Shown here piece by piece: positions 52,020 to 64,000 of a stretch of DNA of 64,000 bases. The notes beneath the pieces are model-generated. The model ran no database searches and was not told where the DNA came from. It worked only from the letters and a program-made list of their open reading frames with translations. Position numbers and translations under genes: made by a program. This DNA is from Oculina patagonica (Eukaryota): assembly GCF_052425735.1 (NCBI RefSeq), contig NC_135759.1, positions 16,182,001-16,246,000 on the forward strand, read 5' to 3'. Position 1 is the stretch's first letter; every line of letters starts with the position of its first letter.

Positions 52020-55000
52020 TTATTTCTTGTCTTTTTTCTTGTCCTTGCTGGACTCCTCATCCAAAGGCTCATCCTCGTCCTTGCCTTCCTCACTGTCCTG
52101 CTGAGCGAGGGACGTCATGACCTTTTGAATGGCCTCGCTGCTGGGGTCCACGCCAGGTAACGTGCTTAGCACGTTCTTGATGAAGTCCGGATCGGACATG
52201 ACCCCTGTGATGTCTTGTGCGTCATCCCCCTGCAAGTAACAACAGTGAAAATAAAGATTGCGTGAGACGAGCTCAATAACCACGGACAATGTTGAGAAAC
52301 GTTGTAGATAAATACTGCATTGTAATTAGTGTACATGTATGTATTGTAAATAAAAAAAGAGAAGCGTTGTGCGATGACCCAAATTACGGCGGCGTTTGCT
52401 GAGCTCTGTGATAACTGATTGGTTAATAAAACGCGTACAACACCCTCTAACCAATCTGAATCAGAGCGACGAAATTGCCTTTTTGACCAATCGGCGAATG
52501 GCACTTTTCCCGCGCTCACCACCGGTTACAAGATGACTTATTGAGTCGTGATTGGTTAATTACGCCTCTTGTCGCCCCAGTGAATGGCCTCGTGATAGAT
52601 TACAGTACAATTTGCAGTAAACTTGACCATTTTTAAAACAGGGAAAACAAGGCGAGAAAGAAATGTTTGTATGGAATTAGATTTTTGATTTTTTAAAAAA
52701 GAGTAGCTGTGTCGGGAAGGTCCAAACATTTGGGCCGATCTGTACATTTGTGATTCGGTCTTACAGGTACATTGGAAAGGAGCTTTATCGATCCAACACA
52801 CTATCTTTGATCCATTCTAATAACAAACTTGTCACTGATAGAGAGAAATGAACAAAGTGCCTACTTTACCATTTTACCAGACCTTACCAAGATGGTCATT
52901 TTGAATGTCATACCTGTGTATCTGTTTCCATTGCACTTGCTCCAGCCTGTCCTTCCTTCTCGTCCTGTTTCCCTGCTGTCTCCTTATCACTGCCCCTATC
53001 AGCCACACTCTCTGCCTCTAGATTCTGCAGTGACAGCCTCATGGCATACTCAATCTGCTGCTCCTCTGTCATGGCATTGAAGTCAAACACTGGAGTCTGC
53101 GGAGTGGACATGGATAGAGCCTGCTGGAGCATTGCCTCCTCACTGTCAGCGATAGGTGCTTCAGGGGTGGGAGCCTCCTCCCCGCTTGCTGCCGTGACTC
53201 TGCGTGCTTCTTCCTCTTGCCGCTGTCGCTGTTCTTCCATAGATACACGGAGGGCCTGGAACAGAAAAAGACATCACACGTCATGCCCAGGTCAGTTTGG
53301 AGAACTCTCCCGCCTGATTTCATACATTTCATCTCATATTACTCAAGAGAATTTGCTTGTAATCAAGGCAGTTGATTCTTGAGAAAATTTGCTTATTTGA
53401 ATCGGCTCGTGAAATCTCAGATACAAGCAGATTTGTTTTCTATATAAAACATTACCTGGAAGTCACCACAAAAGAGTCATCAGTTTACAAGGTTGTTGTT
53501 ACATGACACTGTTTCTAATAAAAGAACTGTGTACTACTATAATTATTGAAGTTGCATTCATGTTTTCAGAATGCTACATGTAAACCGTGTATTACTATAT
53601 GTCAACACAAGCTCGCATTTTGTTTCTTTATTTCGAGTAAAGAAACCTAAAGGAACGATTATGGTGACAAAAGAACCTGACATGATTATTTTCATAACAG
53701 CGTTATTGAGACACATGCAAACTGAAACTAACTTGAAAGTATCTGGTCTGGTGTAAAGAGCCCAGTGCATATCCAGTTTATTTGTAAATTCATTATGTTG
53801 TCATACACCTGATCAGAGTATGTTTCATGTAACCACAATTTCAAAAACCCTTCAACGGCCACCGATAGGCAACTAGCCTGCAAACAGGCTCCCAAGTGGG
53901 GCAGGGCGAAAAAATATCAGCGAGCAAAGCAAGCCTAGAAGGAGAGCCTGTTCACAGGCTAATAGCCAACCAATCCAAGAACTGTGGTAGCCCCCTGTCT
54001 AAAATCCATGTAGCAGGTTACATGACTACTCACCAGTGCAAGCTCTGGATCAGAGTTAGGATCAAAGCCGTATTCTGAAGCATACTCCATTCCAGGAGCA
54101 GCACCATCCTCTCCCTGCAGTAGGGGTGATGAAATCAGCGCATCAGACAGCAGTGGACCTGGCGGCACTGTCACAAGGTGACACAAGTTCCCATCCTTTC
54201 CATTCAGAGTGTTGATGAATGATGTAAGCTTGTCTGAATTTGCCGTCTAAAGAAAAATAAATAAATTTACATTTAGTTTTTCGTTGTCAGAGGTATCCAC
54301 TAACACAGATTGAGATGGATGTAAGCAAGGTCTGATATTGTCAGAGAAGTACAATTCCTGTTCATTAACAGCTATTTAATATGGGACTTTAAGCAGCAAA
54401 ATTTTCTCATCAACAAAGAGTAGTGTAAAAGCTTACAAGAGGCTTCATTTTTCACTTGAAGTTACAGGTAGCAGAGGAGCCAAATTCAACCCTTGTAAAT
54501 ATTAAGTGGCAGTTTCTCTTAAAGCGGTCTATCGCATTTCGGGTCGGAAAATAGTTTTCCCTCAAACTTTGCCCAGTGAACTATCTTAGGTTGTAAGTAA
54601 ATGCAACGACTTTAGTTTTTGGAAATACGTTAAGATATATTTTTTAGAGCTCTCAACAGTGAAGGCTGCAAAAGGCCTAATTTTGAGCTTGGCCAGAACG
54701 AGAAATTTCATAAGTTGACGAGCTCGCTGCTCGAAAATAACCAAACGCACCAAATTATTATTATTATTCCCAAGTTAAGTGGTTCTTCAAAGGTTGGGAA
54801 CGCATGATAATTTTGATATATTTTGATTTACGGGTCCGTAAAAATTTAAATATCAGCAACCTTTAGATCGCTTTTTGTAAACATGCAAAAGTATGGTGTC
54901 TTCGCCGGCCTTTATTTCACGAGTCCAGACCAGACCATTCTTAATTTCAACTGAATCCTACTAAACAGATGTTAGGAAGCTTAGAAATGCAAAAATACCT

Positions 55001-58000
55001 TGCACTTTTTATCTTTCTTTGCCACAGCGACTTCGAACATTTCGTGCTTATGCGAGTATTTCATACACATTATGCAAATGAGCTTACTTTATGCGACGGT
55101 TAAGCCAGTGGGAAACTCCTTCAATAGTCTGTTGCATAATTGCAGCGAACAGGATTCCCGCTGGTTTAACCGTCACTTAAACAAAAAGAACAGATAACCT
55201 ATGACAAGTGCTACGAAATAAATTGAACAAAGGTCGAATTTGGCTCCTCTGCTCCCTGTGATGAAGTCATCTACAAGAGATTTTGCTGAGAGGTCCAACT
55301 GCAGTTTTAAACCTTTTCTTGAGCACGTGCCCTATTAAATGATATGGACGCCTTATCAAAGTATGCATACATACCAAAATTTACTTGTATATAATCTCTT
55401 ACATGCACTCAAGCCTGTCCCTTTTATGTATAGATACAGTAGAACCCCGGTAACTCGCACTCGGATAAGTTTCAAACAACCCTGCTAACTCGAACTAACA
55501 TCTATTTCCCTTGGACCTACTTTTCAGTTATTTTTACTTGGTTAACTCGAAAACCCCGCTAACTCGAAATGTTTTTCGTTTCCCTTCAGAGTTTGAGTTA
55601 CCAGGGTTCAACAGTATGTTGTGGTTCAGTTATACACTCTGTACAATGACATATTTTTGTTTGTTCTGGTGTAAAATAAATACAAAACAAAGGAAAATAC
55701 AAGATTGTACTGAGGGTAAAATTGAACCACAACTGAATGAACAGATATATATTGTATTTGATTATCAGAACACAATGTATCATACAGTTTCTCAAGCTGT
55801 CACCATAGTCAAACAGAATTAAAGAAACTACAACTTCTGGTGTGACAGACTCCAATATAGGATAATATCACTAGCATTTACCTCTTCACCAAAGTTAACA
55901 ATATCAAGGTTAACTTTTTCCTTTTTCAGTTTCTTGGCTAGTTTGACAAGCTAAATGAAGAAAAAAACAAGGGTCACTGACACACAAAATGATTACAACT
56001 ATTCAAATATTGGCTAATAATATAACAATCATAGCTGTAATAATGTCAAAATGCTGCACAATACAAGACCAACACAACATACATGCTTCACTTTTTTAAT
56101 TTTATTAATAAAACTAGTAATAATCATAAATTAGTGGAGAGCATTCGAGTCAATTTTGTATGCCTTAAATCTGCCCATTTTACGCAATTGACCCAGGGAT
56201 GTCGCTAATTTCACCGGCTGAAAGAGAACTTAAATCCGGCTGAAATTTCACATGAAAACAGAGACCAAGGTAAACTTTTAGATCTGCCTAGGCCAAAAAA
56301 GCCAGCTGGGTTTGTTGATCAGCCGGCTTAGTGTTTTCTAATAGCTACATCCCTGTTGACCTCCACAATTCACTTGGCATGTGTCAATATCACACATGAT
56401 GGAATGATGCAATAACCGCCGAGACTGAATTAAGCAATTTGATAGATTTACACTGTGGCAATATGATGCCGAGCTAAGCAACTCAGTAAATTTCTTTTGT
56501 GGCGCAATTGCTGCCGAGATAAACAACTCGCTAGATTTTATTATTATAACAATATATACAGTAGTATGTGTTCTCCTTCGTTGAACGCAATTAATCAATA
56601 TTTAAATTGCTTTGTTACTTTGTACAAGATCACAAGCTTGTAGCTTGGAATTTTTATAATGTATAACAACAACAACAGAAATAACAACAACTTACTTCTT
56701 TTTCATCAGCTTCAATAGGACTTCCCACAAACACAACAATCCTCATTTTGTGATTTTTCCCTTGTCTGTGTTTTAACACCAACTAAAGGGAAGGAATTTC
56801 AATCAAAGATGAACTTACATGTCCCAGGGGGGGTACTCTGGCTTTTAAATGACAGGGATGATCGAAGGATTTTTTTGGGTTTAAAATTTTCGATTCCGGG
56901 ATTTTTTTGGGTTGGAAGATTTGGCAAGTATTTTTTTGGGTGACTTGATTCAAATAGAGGATTTTTGGGGTATTAAAAACGAACTAAAGTGCCTTGGCAC
57001 TGCCTTGGCGTATTTATGGTATGATGAATAATCAAACTCGAGCGTTATTGCCCCTCCTGGCAATTTAGGGGTAATTTGACAAGGGATTTTTTGGGGGGTT
57101 AGTTTTTAGTCCAGGGATTTTTTTGGGTAGTGTCGGAAGCTTAGGGAATTTTTTGGGTCCTGATTTTTGCCTTCATTCGATCATCCCCGTCATTTACAAG
57201 TCGGAGTACCCCCCCTGGGTTACATGTACTCAATAGTTGCTCTGTATTATGTGTTGATAATATCTGAAGTGAACACAATTTTAAGTGACCTTGTAATTTA
57301 ACCAGTTTATCGACAAAGATAAAAAATTACAGAGGGACTACTTGGAAGAATGTTGACCAATCAAAACATTATTTGAGAATGGATGGATATCTTTTTCATA
57401 AACAGACCAATGATGTTAAAGCATCGAGACAACAGCTCTATAACATTTTGTTATGTGTTTGTAACCAAGTGAAGGCAATTGTAAGTCTGTCTACCCTTGT
57501 TAAATAAAGTTTGATTGATTGATTGATTTTTTCTATTTTGTGGACACTCTACATCATGATTGTCCCATTTTTAGAAGCAAAATATCATAATTATTACATT
57601 TTACTCCAAAAATTTAGCTTCAAAACTTGTTTTGTGACAGTAAACTGCTCCAATAAAAATTTTCAAAGTTTCCCGAGAGGTGTGCATTGTCCGCAACTTT
57701 ATTGAGTTTTCAAATTTTGTTTTTGAATTTTTTTTTGTATTCTTCAACATTTGATTGGTCAACTTTCTTCCAAGTAGCCCAGTTCGAGAAGTCGCACTAT
57801 ATATGTCCAAAGTAAATAAATATTAAAGATACTCACATGAGCTATTTTAACTGCTGTGAGGAATTTAATTTCTCCTTTGGATTGGACTTTGTGCAGGGAA
57901 GACAGGATTTTACCAACATCTGTTGTTAAAGTGGCTAGAACCTCAAGACTGGGAATTGAAACAGTACATTTATTTATTTCACTTTGAAAAACAACATCAG

Positions 58001-59395
58001 CACATGAAAGAACTGCTCAATAGCTGTCAATTCAATGGTCAAACACTAGAGTTTCATCCAAAGATTTAAAGATTATGTGTAGAGCCATCTTAAACATATA
58101 AAGCTACCTTCAATAATTGTCCCAAAAAATCCATAGTTCATAGTCTATAGCAGCTGTTACAGTGAAACTGGGATACAACATAAGGAAGATGTGTTTACGA
58201 CAGGCGTTCTGGGTTCTGTTTCCATACATTTTACCCATAGTATCAGTAACTTTGGCTAGGCTGAAGAATATCATCCATTATAATTCATCAAATATTTTTG
58301 CTCGCGCACGATAGGTTAAAAAGCGTCACATGACACAATATGCCCCAACTACGAACTTTGGTATTTATGCTCGCATGTTCAGTTTTCATCCTGAGTAAAT
58401 TGTTGTAGAACTAAACATTTTAAACAAAACAATATTTTGAGCGGTTACGGAAAAGTTTTTTACTTAAAAGCTTTGAGAGAAGGTTTTTTCGAAGTAAGCG
58501 GTCTTGTGTAACAATATTTGAAGGATAATAAAAACAATAGCCTCAATTTGGCTTCAAAAAAATTGTTGGATATGTTTTATGGACATTGATCCGTTCCTCG
58601 AACCTCACAGTTTTTCGGAAATCTGTTCAAATGTCTGAACAGACAATGTCCATGGACAAATATTCATGCATATTTTCGCGCCAAATGGAGGCTATTGTTT
58701 TTTTTATACCAAGGACTTTGTTACAGGGTTCTAAGATTACTTTCAGATCAACACTGAGAAAAAGTGATAATAATAAGAGATGCGGACCTGTACCATTGAT
58801 TGTTGACTGATATATAACATAAAATTGTGACTCTCATTGGCAGCTGTTAATAGATTTATTGCATTGATCTTATGAAGTTTATGCCAGAAAAGGTTACTTG
58901 AAAAATTATGATGTGATAACTGATAGAAAACAATATCAATTGATAACAATTAATTGATAATGGACATCAACAAAGAATCATTTGTGAATATTTCTGTGCA
59001 TTTAACTTCACCCTTAGATGAGCAACCAAGTGTAGAAGAAAGCTTGTCTGCTTTTATCAAAACCTTTTAGATATAGAGTGGCTTTTATAACTGTTATTTT
59101 GCTTGTGATCAGTCTGAAAACAATGTGTCACACACTCACCTAGCTAAAGTCATTAGACCAACATTATTTTCTGGGTTTTGTCTGGTTTTTGAGTGACAAA
59201 CTAAGCTTACAGCATCTTGTTGTGCCTGTAATCTCGTGGGAAGGAAATCGCCATTTCTCATCCATTCGCTGTTATCAACGCTACGAAAAACACCAAGTAT
59301 TAAATTTCAATGTAAAACCAACATTTTTGAAGTATCTACGATCACAATGAAAAACAGGTAGAATCTTACCATACAACTGTAGATTCCAGCACCAT
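52020..59395 (-). CDS. PSMD4: 26S proteasome non-ATPase regulatory subunit 4 (Rpn10/S5a), 399 aa; exons 59395-59370, 59280-59140, 57948-57837, 56782-56696, 55950-55882, 54246-54034, 53255-52914, 52229-52020
   Basis: [33 protein letters not shown] vWA domain, [20 protein letters not shown], UIMs [14 protein letters not shown] and [15 protein letters not shown], and C-terminal [17 protein letters not shown] (RAZUL-like). Exons sum to 1200 nt in frame. Confidence 0.97.
53874..53961. mobile_element. Short TAG..CTA MITE, 9-bp TSD with 1 mismatch
   Basis: ATAGGCAAC|TAGCCTGCAAACAGGCTC...GAGCCTGTTCACAGGCTA|ATAGCCAAC. Confidence 0.7.
54463..55260. mobile_element. Non-autonomous TIR element (EnSpm/CACTA-like ends) in PSMD4 intron 5
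   Basis: ACAGGTAGCAGAGGAGCCAAATTC / GAATTTGGCTCCTCTGCTCCCTGTG inverted termini. Confidence 0.7.
55437..55614. mobile_element. pogo-type MITE, TA TSD
   Basis: TA|CAGTAGAACCCCGGTAACTC...GAGTTACCAGGGTTCAACAG|TA; internal TAACTCGAA repeats. Confidence 0.7.
56194..56355. mobile_element. hAT-like MITE, 6-bp TSD TTGACC
   Basis: TTGACC|CAGGGATGTCGCTA...TAGCTACATCCCTG|TTGACC. Confidence 0.8.
56823..57219. mobile_element. CCC..GGG-ended MITE, 8-bp TSD TTACATGT
   Basis: TTACATGT|CCCAGGGGGGGTACTC...GAGTACCCCCCCTGGG|TTACATGT. Confidence 0.85.
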
Positions 59396-59642
59396 AATGA
59401 CTCACAAAAGTTCTACAAAATTTTTACTTTTTTCAATAGTGACTCAACGGATTTCTGCTCATGCTCTGCTTGCGTAGCCGCTGACATGCAGCATCCCGAA
59501 ATTAACTGGTCAGCGGTGTGCGCTTTTTGTTTATTATTTGTTTTAAAAATTTTACAAAGGCGTCTATGTTAGATTTTAGATTTTTCTGGCCAAAAATAGT
59601 TGATGCTTAGCGTTGAATGTTAAGAAAACGAGGTTTGTGATC
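59396..59642. promoter_or_regulatory. Putative bidirectional promoter between PSMD4 and the BTB gene
   Basis: Divergent start codons only 247 bp apart. Confidence 0.7.
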
Positions 59643-62368
59643 ATGGAAAAGCTTTTCGATAAAATCGGGGATCATTTTAACAATCCTGAAATGTCTGACC
59701 GCATTTTGGTCGTCAAGATTCGAAAAGATGGCTGGGAGAAATTGGAAGCCGCCTGGCGAGTTCGAAGCATCACCAAAACTAACTCGCAGGGTGGAAACGA
59801 TGATAGTCTCTCAACAACAAACAGCAATCAACAAGAAAAACCGCAGAATTCAGTGGAAAATGAATCCGTTGTGAGTACAGTTGAGCAAAACTTTAACGAC
59901 GAATCACCACCAACTACTGCCGACGACTCGAGTTCGTTGAGCTTGCCTTCGATTTCAGATTCGAGAACTGTCAGTAGCTTAAGCTGTGATTCAGGGATAG
60001 GCGATGCTTTATCTTCTGAGACAAAAAGAACTGTTAAGAGTAAAAAGAGAGAAGAATCTTGGATCGTAGTCGAGGATCAAGAACAAGAGTCTGGGACAAC
60101 GATGAATTCGGATACTTGCAAGCTTCAGGCGGCAGGCACCTCATCAGATGTAGACTTAGATGTGACTTTCAGCAAGTTGCTTATAGCAGACATTCGCTAT
60201 GCGCATAAAGCTGGGGAAATAGGCCTTACTGCTTCAAATTCCGCGGAGGATGGGGCCTCAGCCGTTTTCTTCTCCCAATCGACAGAAAATAGTATAAAAA
60301 CAAGTGAAGAAGATTTGACACTGGCTGACACAGTTATCAGGGAACATCAGCTGTATGTACACAGCTTTTGGCTGGCTTTGAATAGTTCTTATTTCAGAAG
60401 CCTATTTTTTAGTTCTGGGATGAAAGAAACTAAAGTAAAAAAGGTATGATTGATTTGTAATGAGCAGATCAAATTAGTGATTACAACACCTTACTAGCTC
60501 TCCCTCTCCTGAAAAGGAATCTAGCTACATCCCCCACGTAGATGATACCTCCCAGGGGTATAAAATAGTCCCTGAAAATTCTGACTCCAATCTTTTTGCG
60601 GAGCGGACCCAGGGGGCTTGGGGGGCTTAGCCCCCACAATATTTCCGAAAAAAATAAAGACTTACTAAAAGAAGAGTCCCTACAGCCCCCCACTTCAAGT
60701 GACTATTTAGCCCCCCCTGCCCCCCCCCCCCAATTGGAAAAATGCTCTGTGGTCCCTGACACTGAAATCGAGAAGCTTTTTGTAGGTGCAGCAATTTACA
60801 TAGTAAAGTTCTCCTTTGCTCAAGAACACAGCACAAGGTCCCTTTTCCGGGGGGGGGGGGGTATGAAAGGGGCGGGGATGCTTGTCGTCTCACTGAGGGT
60901 GTAAATTTCAGATTTCTGGTCTCACTTCTAAAGGGTGTTTGGGGCAGAATGCATTATTTTAGCCATAATGGTCTTGTTTACACTGTAGGGTTGCACACGA
61001 AGAAATATACAAATGTAAACTCTATTCATAGTTTTTTGGTATGTTTTAGGGGTCAAGAAAAGCTTGAACCACACCCAAATTGGTCTCTATTAGGGGTTCT
61101 TTTCACAATTTCCAAAGAGCGTCCCCACCCCTTTCATATACATGTAGGAGTCTCCCCCATCCGGGTCACTACTGGCCAGGCTTGGACACAGAACTCTTAA
61201 TCTGGAAGTCATCCAACAAACTTTAAAATTTATACCACACCACTTTGCATTCTGATCGTATGCCAGATACATTTTGAATATATGCAGATCATCAGTAGTT
61301 ATAGTAATTTATTGGTCTTGAAAATGCTTGCCTTTATAACTTGGATATTAGCAGCTTTTAATTTTTGCTTGTCTGGGGAAGTTGCATGCTTGTCATACTT
61401 GCAGTATACTTTTGATGATTTGGTTAGCAGACAACTTTCCAGGGGGGGGGGGGCCTTGCCCAACAGGGCCCTTGATGTATGGACACTTTTTTGAGCCCTC
61501 TATATAGTTACCTTTGAGGCTCAAAACCTAAATATAACATTTAATGTTTGTAATGAACTGAGATCACACTATAACTTTATTGAAACAGGTTGAAATGAAC
61601 ATCAGTGAATCCTTGTCATCAATGTTCTTGCTGTTGATTGAGTCGCTTTATAAGCCTGAAGTTGTCATGACAGAGAGTGTGGAGAATCTTCTTATTCTTA
61701 TGAGGCTTGCTCATGTTTATGATGCAGAGAGCACCCTTAAGACTTGTCAAAAGTAGGATATTATTTTTACCTTCAGATTACCAATGTTGATACATTTTTA
61801 ATACATTGTCACATAATGTATACAAAAGTATGTCATGCAGTCTGACAAGTAATCAGGATAAAAAAAAGTCATCAAATAGGGGATATTGTCTTGGTATATA
61901 CTGTAAATGTACATCTGCACCTTCAAATTCTCAGAACTATGTTGTTTGTATGCCAAGTTTTCAAGAAGTTATTTTTTATTGCTTGTTTTTGGGACAATTC
62001 TGCCAACATACTGTACATGTAACAATGAGGACCGATCAAAGTGATCTGAACTTCTTTAGTGTCCACGATCTGAACTTCCTAACATGAAGAGTCCAGAAAA
62101 TCTGTTATGTAGAAAGAAATTATTTGTTGGCCCACGCGAAATAATTTATATCATCCCTGATGATGCCGTAGAACGGCGAAAGCTAGGAATTTTAAAATAA
62201 GATTAGAATTTTTACAGCAGTATTAGGCCACATTTGTATTTTTATAGTTTAAATAACTCAACAAGCAACTTAGCTAATTGTTGTGGTAAATTTTTCTAGA
62301 CTTCTGGGGTCAGCTGAACTGACAGTAGAGATCTGTGACAAATCGCTGAATATGCAAGAACATGAAAG
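59643..62368 (+). CDS. BTB/POZ protein with split BTB domain (POB1/LRB-like), 3'-incomplete; exons 59643-60443, 61589-61752, 62300-62368, continuing beyond the window
   Basis: FNNPEMSDRILVVKI, then a ~210-aa low-complexity insert, then LYVHSFWLALNSSYFRSLF..GMKE and FLLLIESLY..LMRLAHVYDAE..C. GT-AG junctions are in frame (phases 0, 2, 2). Confidence 0.85.
62020..62267 (+). mobile_element. Probable Penelope-like pseudo-LTR remnant (boundaries approximate)
   Basis: Minimal hammerhead followed by an AT-rich tract ending TTGTATTTTTATAGTTTAAA; no RT or GIY-YIG ORF nearby. Confidence 0.45.
62154..62188 (+). ncRNA. Minimal type I hammerhead ribozyme (Penelope-like element type)
   Basis: TCC-CTGATGA-T-GCCGT-AGA-ACGGC-GAAA-GC-TA-GGA: conserved core, perfect 5-bp stem II, palindromic AGCT mini-stem III, 3-bp stem I TCC/GGA. 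Confidence 0.75.
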
Positions 62369-62472
62369 GTAAGTGATCAGCTACTTATCGTTGCGATCCT
62401 CCGCAAGTAATAGAAATTTTATTACCGGTACTGCTGTCAGCAGTTTTCAAATGTAGTGACCCTCCATAACTA

Positions 62473-63857
62473 ATGCATCAGTCAATTCCAGCAGTGCCAA
62501 TGCCCCCCCCCCCCCCCGGGCTAACCCCCAGGCATTAGCATTTCTTTAAAAAAAAATTGGAAAATTCCCCGGGGTGGGGATGAAGGAACAGGGCAAATGC
62601 CCCGCTCCCGGGTTAATTGTTTTCAATCTCTCGATAGGTGATATAAGAATATAAAACAAGTTGTTGCTTCTTAGCAATGAAGAAATACTTGGCGTGATCA
62701 ATCGATCAAAATCGATGATCGGAAATCAATCAATCAAATTATTCGATATCAATCGATGATGGTTAGTTAATTGATATCGATTGGCATCGGCCAATCGATG
62801 ACCAATCGATAGTCACAAATAAAATTTCCTTAATTACATCGATTGTCATCGATTGCTATCGATTTTCATTGATTGTCACCGATTGTTATCGATATCTTGG
62901 GCGGACTTGGGCATCCCGAGGACAAATCCCCAGGATAACCGGAAAAAGATTTTCGCAATCCTAAAACGACATGTCTAAAGCGGATAAAGCAATCCCGGGA
63001 GCAGTGGACGTTACACTTGTTATTAAGTGTGTGGTCAAAGGCTGCCATGCCTGCGACTTCACCGTTGAAGTTGGTGAGGAGTTTGTGGCAAAGAGAAAAC
63101 GGGGAGAGCGCGGGAACGCGTTTAAAGTAATTAATCAGCGTGGACAATTAGGCCACCTACAAGCTGAGCTGGTTTCTCCTCTCTGGCCTTTTTCTGTTAT
63201 ATTTGTCAAGTAATCTATACGCTAGTGTAAACCTTGCCTCATTTCTTAATAACGTTGTTTTTTATGCATAAGATGACAGTGTATCGCAAAAAATAATGAA
63301 TAAATGAGGTATTGATCACTTTTAAGAGCCATTGAGTTGATGTAATAACACCCATATTGAATCAAACCAAATAAAAAACGATCAATGAAAATCGATGGTA
63401 ATCGATGAAAATCGATGTAGATCGATGACAGTTGATGAAAATCGATGAAATTAAAAGTCAAAATTTTCCGTCATCGATTTCCAATATCAATCGATTAATT
63501 GGCATCGATTATAATCGATTGGTATCGATTATCGTCGATTATCGGTTTCATCGATTGATCACGCCGGGAGAAATATCAAAAATTGAGAAAATATACCTTT
63601 AAAAACATCCACGAACAGCCAAGAGCTTCTATAGTCCTTCATGAACTAGTTAATCTGCAACGTAGTCCACGTCTTGGCCTATAAACGCCTCTATCATGAA
63701 TACGCGACTCACTCCACGGTTTTGAAAGCACGTGTCAAATACCCGGGGGTCAACTCGAGGTACACAAATGCCCCACCCTGGGGACGGGCAACATTAGGAA
63801 ATGCCCTGCGGTTGCCCAGGGGGGGGGGATGGGCACTGCTGGAATTGACTGATGCAT
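62473..63857. mobile_element. TIR element in BTB intron 3 hosting a nested element
   Basis: ATGCATCAGTCAATTCCAGCAGTGCC / GGCACTGCTGGAATTGACTGATGCAT, perfect 26-bp TIR. Confidence 0.85.
62688..63568. mobile_element. Nested non-autonomous element with ATCGAT subterminal arrays and 7-bp TSD AGAAATA, carrying a HIRAN-like ORF (62971-63213)
   Basis: AGAAATA|CTTGGCGTGATCAATCGAT...ATCGATTGATCACGCCGGG|AGAAATA. Confidence 0.85.
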
Positions 63858-64000
63858 AACCTTACGATCTAAAAAAAGCGACCTCAAACAATCTTGACTT
63901 GTTAGTAAGAAATAATAGAAATATAAGCTTACCCTACAAGACGGAATGACACTTCAGCCCTCCAAATCCCAGGCTTGGGATTCATGGAATACATGCAAAT

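Overview
Eukaryotic, intron-rich animal genomic DNA. Gene content and repeat landscape suggest a cnidarian, probably a stony coral (inference). I assembled six spliced protein-coding genes by hand from splice sites and reading-frame phase: (1) a secreted matrix metalloproteinase (+, 4 exons) whose propeptide has no cysteine switch; (2) a secreted C-type lectin + PAN/Apple protein (-, 3 exons) with a frameshift in its last exon; (3) TTC33 (+, 5 exons, one GC-AG intron); (4) adducin (-, 8 exons); (5) PSMD4/Rpn10 (-, 8 exons); and (6) a split-BTB protein resembling plant POB1/LRB (+, runs off the window), head-to-head with PSMD4. Introns and intergenic DNA are packed with non-autonomous DNA transposons whose target-site duplications (TSDs) are 2, 4, 5, 6, 7, 8 and 9 bp. 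There is also a 5'-truncated LINE flanked by a ~590-bp duplication, a decayed SINE core, and a minimal type I hammerhead ribozyme of the Penelope-like kind in a BTB-gene intron. Gene and family names come from recalled sequence motifs, not database searches. Most short ORFs in the supplied track are spurious.
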